DNA from: Naegleria gruberi
Lineage: Eukaryota
Assembly: GCA_000004985.1 (NCBI GenBank)
Contig: GG738959.1
DNA length: 28,592 bases
Direction: 5' to 3' (one strand)
The notes under the pieces are model-generated. The model worked only from the letters and a program-made list of their open reading frames with translations, searched no databases and was not told the DNA's origin. Positions 21,501 to 28,592 of this stretch are shown here, one piece after another. Each line of letters opens with the position of its first letter. Position 1 is the first letter of the stretch. Position numbers and translations under genes: made by a program.

Positions 21501-24500
21501 NNNNNNNNNNNNNNNNNNNNNNNNNNNNNNNNNNNNNNNNNNNNNNNNNNNNNNNNNNNNNNNNNNNNNNNNNNNNNNNNNNNNNNNNNNNNNNNNNNNN
21601 NNNNNNNNNNNNNNNNNNNNNNNNNNNNNNNNNNNNNNNNNNNNNNNNNNNNNNNNNNNNNNNNNNNNNNNNNNNNNNNNNNNNNNNNNNNNNNNNNNNN
21701 NNNNNNNNNNNNNNNNNNNNNNNNNNNNNNNNNNNNNNNNNNNNNNNNNNNNNNNNNNNNNNNNNNNNNNNNNNNNNNNNNNNNNNNNNNNNNNNNNNNN
21801 NNNNNNNNNNNNNNNNNNNNNNNNNNNNNNNNNNNNNNNNNNNNNNNNNNNNNNNNNNNNNNNNNNNNNNNNNNNNNNNNNNNNNNNNNNNNNNNNNNNN
21901 NNNNNNNNNNNNNNNNNNNNNNNNNNNNNNNNNNNNNNNNNNNNNNNNNNNNNNNNNNNNNNNNNNNNNNNNNNNNNNNNNNNNNNNNNNNNNNNNNNNN
22001 NNNNNNNNNNNNNNNNNNNNNNNNNNNNNNNNNNNNNNNNNNNNNNNNNNNNNNNNNNNNNNNNNNNNNNNNNNNNNNNNNNNNNNNNNNNNNNNNNNNN
22101 NNNNNNNNNNNNNNNNNNNNNNNNNNNNNNNNNNNNNNNNNNNNNNNNNNNNNNNNNNNNNNNNNNNNNNNNNNNNNNNNNNNNNNNNNNNNNNNNNNNN
22201 NNNNNNNNNNNNNNNNNNNNNNNNNNNNNNNNNNNNNNNNNNNNNNNNNNNNNNNNNNNNNNNNNNNNNNNNNNNNNNNNNNNNNNNNNNNNNNNNNNNN
22301 NNNNNNNNNNNNNNNNNNNNNNNNNNNNNNNNNNNNNNNNNNNNNNNNNNNNNNNNNNNNNNNNNNNNNNNNNNNNNNNNNNNNNNNNNNNNNNNNNNNN
22401 NNNNNNNNNNNNNNNNNNNNNNNNNNNNNNNNNNNNNNNNNNNNNNNNNNNNNNNNNNNNNNNNNNNNNNNNNNNNNNNNNNNNNNNNNNNNNNNNNNNN
22501 NNNNNNNNNNNNNNNNNNNNNNNNNNNNNNNNNNNNNNNNNNNNNNNNNNNNNNNNNNNNNNNNNNNNNNNNNNNNNNNNNNNNNNNNNNNNNNNNNNNN
22601 NNNNNNNNNNNNNNNNNNNNNNNNNNNNNNNNNNNNNNNNNNNNNNNNNNNNNNNNNNNNNNNNNNNNNNNNNNNNNNNNNNNNNNNNNNNNNNNNNNNN
22701 NNNNNNNNNNNNNNNNNNNNNNNNNNNNNNNNNNNNNNNNNNNNNNNNNNNNNNNNNNNNNNNNNNNNNNNNNNNNNNNNNNNNNNNNNNNNNNNNNNNN
22801 NNNNNNNNNNNNNNNNNNNNNNNNNNNNNNNNNNNNNNNNNNNNNNNNNNNNNNNNNNNNNNNNNNNNNNNNNNNNNNNNNNNNNNNNNNNNNNNNNNNN
22901 NNNNNNNNNNNNNNNNNNNNNNNNNNNNNNNNNNNNNNNNNNNNNNNNNNNNNNNNNNNNNNNNNNNNNNNNNNNNNNNNNNNNNNNNNNNNNNNNNNNN
23001 NNNNNNNNNNNNNNNNNNNNNNNNNNNNNNNNNNNNNNNNNNNNNNNNNNNNNNNNNNNNNNNNNNNNNNNNNNNNNNNNNNNNNNNNNNNNNNNNNNNN
23101 NNNNNNNNNNNNNNNNNNNNNNNNNNNNNNNNNNNNNNNNNNNNNNNNNNNNNNNNNNNNNNNNNNNNNNNNNNNNNNNNNNNNNNNNNNNNNNNNNNNN
23201 NNNNNNNNNNNNNNNNNNNNNNNNNNNNNNNNNNNNNNNNNNNNNNNNNNNNNNNNNNNNNNNNNNNNNNNNNNNNNNNNNNNNNNNNNNNNNNNNNNNN
23301 NNNNNNNNNNNNNNNNNNNNNNNNNNNNNNNNNNNNNNNNNNNNNNNNNNNNNNNNNNNNNNNNNNNNNNNNNNNNNNNNNNNNNNNNNNNNNNNNNNNN
23401 NNNNNNNNNNNNNNNNNNNNNNNNNNNNNNNNNNNNNNNNNNNNNNNNNNNNNNNNNNNNNNNNNNNNNNNNNNNNNNNNNNNNNNNNNNNNNNNNNNNN
23501 NNNNNNNNNNNNNNNNNNNNNNNNNNNNNNNNNNNNNNNNNNNNNNNNNNNNNNNNNNNNNNNNNNNNNNNNNNNNNNNNNNNNNNNNNNNNNNNNNNNN
23601 NNNNNNNNNNNNNNNNNNNNNNNNNNNNNNNNNNNNNNNNNNNNNNNNNNNNNNNNNNNNNNNNNNNNNNNNNNNNNNNNNNNNNNNNNNNNNNNNNNNN
23701 NNNNNNNNNNNNNNNNNNNNNNNNNNNNNNNNNNNNNNNNNNNNNNNNNNNNNNNNNNNNNNNNNNNNNNNNNNNNNNNNNNNNNNNNNNNNNNNNNNNN
23801 NNNNNNNNNNNNNNNNNNNNNNNNNNNNNNNNNNNNNNNNNNNNNNNNNNNNNNNNNNNNNNNNNNNNNNNNNNNNNNNNNNNNNNNNNNNNNNNNNNNN
23901 NNNNNNNNNNNNNNNNNNNNNNNNNNNNNNNNNNNNNNNNNNNNNNNNNNNNNNNNNNNNNNNNNNNNNNNNNNNNNNNNNNNNNNNNNNNNNNNNNNNN
24001 NNNNNNNNNNNNNNNNNNNNNNNNNNNNNNNNNNNNNNNNNNNNNNNNNNNNNNNNNNNNNNNNNNNNNNNNNNNNNNNNNNNNNNNNNNNNNNNNNNNN
24101 NNNNNNNNNNNNNNNNNNNNNNNNNNNNNNNNNNNNNNNNNNNNNNNNNNNNNNNNNNNNNNNNNNNNNNNNNNNNNNNNNNNNNNNNNNNNNNNNNNNN
24201 NNNNNNNNNNNNNNNNNNNNNNNNNNNNNNNNNNNNNNNNNNNNNNNNNNNNNNNNNNNNNNNNNNNNNNNNNNNNNNNNNNNNNNNNNNNNNNNNNNNN
24301 NNNNNNNNNNNNNNNNNNNNNNNNNNNNNNNNNNNNNNNNNNNNNNNNNNNNNNNNNNNNNNNNNNNNNNNNNNNNNNNNNNNNNNNNNNNNNNNNNNNN
24401 NNNNNNNNNNNNNNNNNNNNNNNNNNNNNNNNNNNNNNNNNNNNNNNNNNNNNNNNNNNNNNNNNNNNNNNNNNNNNNNNNNNNNNNNNNNNNNNNNNNN

Positions 24501-27045
24501 NNNNNNNNNNNNNNNNNNNNNNNNNNNNNNNNNNNNNNNNNNNNNNNNNNNNNNNNNNNNNNNNNNNNNNNNNNNNNNNNNNNNNNNNNNNNNNNNNNNN
24601 NNNNNNNNNNNNNNNNNNNNNNNNNNNNNNNNNNNNNNNNNNNNNNNNNNNNNNNNNNNNNNNNNNNNNNNNNNNNNNNNNNNNNNNNNNNNNNNNNNNN
24701 NNNNNNNNNNNNNNNNNNNNNNNNNNNNNNNNNNNNNNNNNNNNNNNNNNNNNNNNNNNNNNNNNNNNNNNNNNNNNNNNNNNNNNNNNNNNNNNNNNNN
24801 NNNNNNNNNNNNNNNNNNNNNNNNNNNNNNNNNNNNNNNNNNNNNNNNNNNNNNNNNNNNNNNNNNNNNNNNNNNNNNNNNNNNNNNNNNNNNNNNNNNN
24901 NNNNNNNNNNNNNNNNNNNNNNNNNNNNNNNNNNNNNNNNNNNNNNNNNNNNNNNNNNNNNNNNNNNNNNNNNNNNNNNNNNNNNNNNNNNNNNNNNNNN
25001 NNNNNNNNNNNNNNNNNNNNNNNNNNNNNNNNNNNNNNNNNNNNNNNNNNNNNNNNNNNNNNNNNNNNNNNNNNNNNNNNNNNNNNNNNNNNNNNNNNNN
25101 NNNNNNNNNNNNNNNNNNNNNNNNNNNNNNNNNNNNNNNNNNNNNNNNNNNNNNNNNNNNNNNNNNNNNNNNNNNNNNNNNNNNNNNNNNNNNNNNNNNN
25201 NNNNNNNNNNNNNNNNNNNNNNNNNNNNNNNNNNNNNNNNNNNNNNNNNNNNNNNNNNNNNNNNNNNNNNNNNNNNNNNNNNNNNNNNNNNNNNNNNNNN
25301 NNNNNNNNNNNNNNNNNNNNNNNNNNNNNNNNNNNNNNNNNNNNNNNNNNNNNNNNNNNNNNNNNNNNNNNNNNNNNNNNNNNNNNNNNNNNNNNNNNNN
25401 NNNNNNNNNNNNNNNNNNNNNNNNNNNNNNNNNNNNNNNNNNNNNNNNNNNNNNNNNNNNNNNNNNNNNNNNNNNNNNNNNNNNNNNNNNNNNNNNNNNN
25501 NNNNNNNNNNNNNNNNNNNNNNNNNNNNNNNNNNNNNNNNNNNNNNNNNNNNNNNNNNNNNNNNNNNNNNNNNNNNNNNNNNNNNNNNNNNNNNNNNNNN
25601 NNNNNNNNNNNNNNNNNNNNNNNNNNNNNNNNNNNNNNNNNNNNNNNNNNNNNNNNNNNNNNNNNNNNNNNNNNNNNNNNNNNNNNNNNNNNNNNNNNNN
25701 NNNNNNNNNNNNNNNNNNNNNNNNNNNNNNNNNNNNNNNNNNNNNNNNNNNNNNNNNNNNNNNNNNNNNNNNNNNNNNNNNNNNNNNNNNNNNNNNNNNN
25801 NNNNNNNNNNNNNNNNNNNNNNNNNNNNNNNNNNNNNNNNNNNNNNNNNNNNNNNNNNNNNNNNNNNNNNNNNNNNNNNNNNNNNNNNNNNNNNNNNNNN
25901 NNNNNNNNNNNNNNNNNNNNNNNNNNNNNNNNNNNNNNNNNNNNNNNNNNNNNNNNNNNNNNNNNNNNNNNNNNNNNNNNNNNNNNNNNNNNNNNNNNNN
26001 NNNNNNNNNNNNNNNNNNNNNNNNNNNNNNNNNNNNNNNNNNNNNNNNNNNNNNNNNNNNNNNNNNNNNNNNNNNNNNNNNNNNNNNNNNNNNNNNNNNN
26101 NNNNNNNNNNNNNNNNNNNNNNNNNNNNNNNNNNNNNNNNNNNNNNNNNNNNNNNNNNNNNNNNNNNNNNNNNNNNNNNNNNNNNNNNNNNNNNNNNNNN
26201 NNNNNNNNNNNNNNNNNNNNNNNNNNNNNNNNNNNNNNNNNNNNNNNNNNNNNNNNNNNNNNNNNNNNNNNNNNNNNNNNNNNNNNNNNNNNNNNNNNNN
26301 NNNNNNNNNNNNNNNNNNNNNNNNNNNNNNNNNNNNNNNNNNNNNNNNNNNNNNNNNNNNNNNNNNNNNNNNNNNNNNNNNNNNNNNNNNNNNNNNNNNN
26401 NNNNNNNNNNNNNNNNNNNNNNNNNNNNNNNNNNNNNNNNNNNNNNNNNNNNNNNNNNNNNNNNNNNNNNNNNNNNNNNNNNNNNNNNNNNNNNNNNNNN
26501 NNNNNNNNNNNNNNNNNNNNNNNNNNNNNNNNNNNNNNNNNNNNNNNNNNNNNNNNNNNNNNNNNNNNNNNNNNNNNNNNNNNNNNNNNNNNNNNNNNNN
26601 NNNNNNNNNNNNNNNNNNNNNNNNNNNNNNNNNNNNNNNNNNNNNNNNNNNNNNNNNNNNNNNNNNNNNNNNNNNNNNNNNNNNNNNNNNNNNNNNNNNN
26701 NNNNNNNNNNNNNNNNNNNNNNNNNNNNNNNNNNNNNNNNNNNNNNNNNNNNNNNNNNNNNNNNNNNNNNNNNNNNNNNNNNNNNNNNNNNNNNNNNNNN
26801 NNNNNNNNNNNNNNNNNNNNNNNNNNNNNNNNNNNNNNNNNNNNNNNNNNNNNNNNNNNNNNNNNNNNNNNNNNNNNNNNNNNNNNNNNNNNNNNNNNNN
26901 NNNNNNNNNNNNNNNNNNNNNNNNNNNNNNNNNNNNNNNNNNNNNNNNNNNNNNNNNNNNNNNNNNNNNNNNNNNNNNNNNNNNNNNNNNNNNNNNNNNN
27001 NNNNNNNNNNNNNNNNNNNNNNNNNNNNNNNNNNNNNNNNNNNNN
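9599..27045. other. Run of 17,447 N (sized assembly gap or masked region)
   Basis: Literal n characters. All ORF-track entries spanning 9536-27605 (5825-6007 aa of X) are artefacts. Confidence 0.99.
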
Positions 27046-27512
27046 TATTGATTCTCAGCATATTCTCTATTTTCCTTACATTTATCACATACAAGAGCAT
27101 CCTTTCTTTCTCCAGATGAGAAATGATCACAACCAACAGCTGACATGGAAATGTACTTCTTGACATTACTCTTCATGGCTGCTTGGGCTAGGAATTTACC
27201 AGAAGTAAATTCAATCTTTTCAATATCCTTTCCAGAAGTTGATCCAGCTGCATCAATCACAAAATCACATCCTTCCAAATATTTAACAAAGTCATCTGTT
27301 TGAAGTTTTGTCAAATCTCCAACGAAAACATCAGTACAACCCAATCCTTGAACTTCCTTCTTGGCATCTTCATCTCTAACTAAACCTTTACACTTAAATC
27401 CTTGGTCACAAAGTCTCTTACATAAAACTTCGCCAAGTTTTCCTGAAATTCCAGTAATGAAAACACAAGGTTGGTTTTGATGAGAGGAGCAAGCAACTTT
27501 TCTTGATTCCAT
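27046..27512 (-). CDS. NAD(P)-binding Rossmann-fold protein of the atypical SDR group (HTATIP2/TIP30, BLVRB, NmrA-like). Only the N-terminal 155 aa are visible and the 3' part is lost in the N-run. Alternative upstream ATGs at 27540-27542 and 27546-27548
   Basis: 'MESRKVACSSHQNQPCVFITGISGKLGEVLCKRLCDQGFKCKGLVRDE..DVFVGDL...CDFVIDAAGS' carries the glycine-rich dinucleotide-binding motif (TGxxGxxG) and aligns by eye with TIP30 '[20 protein letters not shown]..' and BLVRB 'IAIFGATGQTGLTTL...VLVRD'. Confidence 0.7.
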
Positions 27513-28143
27513 TTTGAATAATGTTTTGATTGTTTTTTTCATTAACATTTTGTGAATTTTGCTTATTGGATTTATACCATTTTCGGTAGTTGTATAAATG
27601 GTCAATTAACAATAGTGTTATGTAGTATTATTGACTAATTATCATTTTAGGAAGAATTTAACATTGATTACAAAAGGATATAATCTAAATTTCGTAATTA
27701 TTAACCTCATCCTTTTCCATCATTATAAATTCTTCATAGGGGATAACATCTATTAATTCATTTACGAATTTTATGAAGAAAATCAGCATTTTCCTTCGAT
27801 AAATAAATAATTAAACAATACTATCATCTTTATCAATTCTAAAAAACCTCTTCATCATCTTCCGTAGCGAATTTTAAGAAGAAAAAAGGCGGGTTCAACG
27901 CTACCTATTCAATTAAGCCATTTTATTTTTAAAATGTAATCTTCAATTTTATTAAAAAATTTTAAAAAAAAATTGTTGATCATCAACACACCTAAAAGAA
28001 CTTTTTTCAGTGTGTGTAATATTGATAGAATACAATCATACAACAACAACAAAATCATCATTATATTAATAAGAGAATAAGCCTTTTAAGCTTGTCCACA
28101 ATATCATCACTTTTACAGTAAGCCTAAGAATAATACCAACAAC
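27513..28143. promoter_or_regulatory. Divergent (head-to-head) intergenic region between the SDR-like gene (-) and the API5-like gene (+), a putative bidirectional promoter; contains an isolated GC-rich 18-mer 'ggcgggttcaacgctacc' (27888-27905) and the palindrome GTTGAT-c-ATCAAC (27974-27986)
   Basis: Position between divergently oriented start codons. The motifs were read directly. No functional evidence. Confidence 0.3.
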
Positions 28144-28311
28144 ATGTCTGCAACAACTACTACTAAAGGAGGAGAAACATTGTATGTCCACGTTAATGCT
28201 GAATCGGACAAGGAAATTGACTTTTTGTATAAAAACGAAGAGGAATTGAGCAATGCCTTGAAGGCTGCTATTCAAGAACAAGGTACACAAGTACCAAACT
28301 TGGAGGCTTCG
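28144..28311 (+). CDS. API5: API5 (apoptosis inhibitor 5 / AAC-11)-like protein, exon 1 (56 codons, phase 0)
   Basis: ATG at 28144. '..IDFLYKNEEELSNALKAAIQEQ..' resembles the API5 N-terminus 'VEELYRNYGILADATEQ'. The exon ends immediately before GTATGT. Confidence 0.55.
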
Positions 28312-28433
28312 GTATGTTTTGAACAATCAAAGGTTGGATCTAACTGTGAATGTATTACCACATGAATTATATGATCAAATAATTTTAATATTACTATCAT
28401 CCTTATCATAATTTAATTTTAAAATAATAACAG
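28312..28433 (+). other. Spliceosomal intron, 122 nt, GTATGT...(ctaac-like motifs)...AACAG
   Basis: Unspliced reading hits TGA at 28363-28365. Splicing 28311|28434 keeps phase 0 and brings the conserved API5 block into frame. Confidence 0.55.
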
Positions 28434-28592
28434 GCAAAGTCTCACTATGAAGCAATTCTCAACATTGTTTCACCAAATCACTCTAAGAAGGCTAAGGAAT
28501 TGGCTTGCCAATTCATTCCGAAATATGCTGCTAACTTCCCAAGCCTTTCATCAGAAAGTATGTCAAAGCAATTGGATTTGTGTGAAGAAGAG
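28434..28592 (+). CDS. API5: API5-like protein, exon 2 (partial; continues beyond the window end)
   Basis: 'AKSHYEAILNIVSPNHSKKAKELACQFIPKYAANFPSLSSESMSKQLDLCEEE' against human API5 '..HKDAYQVILDGVKGGTKEKRLAAQFIPKFFKHFPELADSAINAQLDLCEDED'. Confidence 0.65.

Noticed and set aside
9536-27605. ORF-track giant 'proteins' of 5825-6007 aa (9536..27166-, 9574..27051+, 9582..27605-, 9591..27119+, 9593..27163+), and 1820..3457+ / 1858..3465+
   Set aside because: They consist almost entirely of X translated from N-runs. Only their short flanks are real sequence, which are treated separately as the 281-aa ORF region and the SDR-like gene 5' end.
27418-27612. 64-aa minus-strand ORF overlapping the SDR-like gene start
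   Set aside because: It is in a different frame, overlaps the motif-bearing CDS, and is low-complexity.
27888-27905. Possible tRNA T-arm-like 'gggttcaacgc'
   Set aside because: The flanks cannot form T-stem or acceptor pairing, and no D-arm or anticodon arm lies nearby.
28066-28326. 86-aa minus-strand ORF
   Set aside because: It is antisense to API5-like exon 1. The sense strand has clear homology.
28144-28365. Unspliced 73-aa reading of the API5-like gene (ORF-track call)
   Set aside because: The stop at 28363 lies in sequence that begins with GTATGT and ends with CAG. The spliced product recovers the conserved API5 motif in frame, so the 73-aa product is an unspliced artefact.
1-28592. 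Ciliate-type variant nuclear code (TAA/TAG = Gln, or TGA = Trp/Cys), suggested by the ciliate-like telomere repeat and the in-frame TGA
   Set aside because: Three independent long ORFs (308, 281 and 155+ aa) contain no in-frame TAA/TAG/TGA, terminate at TAA, and use TGG for Trp. The API5 intron is 122 nt, far longer than Paramecium introns. The standard code is most parsimonious and the single TGA is better explained as a pseudogene or error.
1-28592. Prokaryotic features (CRISPR arrays, operons, RBS, integrons)
   Set aside because: The telomeric array, spliceosomal intron, tRNA-Tyr intron architecture and eukaryote-specific protein families show this is nuclear eukaryotic DNA. No direct-repeat/spacer architecture is present.

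Overview
This window looks like the left end of a linear chromosome from an AT-rich eukaryote. About 66% of it (18,655 of 28,592 nt) is N: four N-runs, one of them 17,447 nt. Visible content, in order: (1) a terminal (CCCAAA)n array of ~72 units at 1-435, i.e. (TTTGGG)n on the G-strand, with degenerate variant units at its inner edge; (2) ~1.4 kb of AT-rich non-coding subtelomere containing degenerate dispersed repeat motifs; (3) a ~3 kb gene cassette bounded by ~870-bp inverted repeats (cores 3775-4414 and 7461-8110 at ~93% identity, outer parts ~70%). The cassette carries a divergent Rho-like small GTPase that lacks the catalytic Gln, the G3 Gly and the switch-I Thr, a 3'-truncated tRNA-Tyr(GUA)-like relic with an intron-like insert and a T7 run, and a DUF4116-type repeat-protein ORF interrupted by one in-frame TGA; (4) a 281-aa orphan ORF that abuts the large N-run; (5) after the N-run, a divergent gene pair: a 5' fragment of an atypical-SDR NAD(P)-binding protein (HTATIP2/BLVRB/NmrA-like) and an API5-like gene whose conserved 'AQFIPK...LDLCEEE' motif is recovered only after removing a 122-nt GTATGT...CAG intron. 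All complete ORFs end in TAA, and TGG (not TGA) encodes Trp in the visible genes, so the standard nuclear code is most likely. I cannot assign the organism. Nothing prokaryotic is present (no CRISPR, no operons). Several ORF-track entries are artefacts that span N-runs or are antisense shadows.
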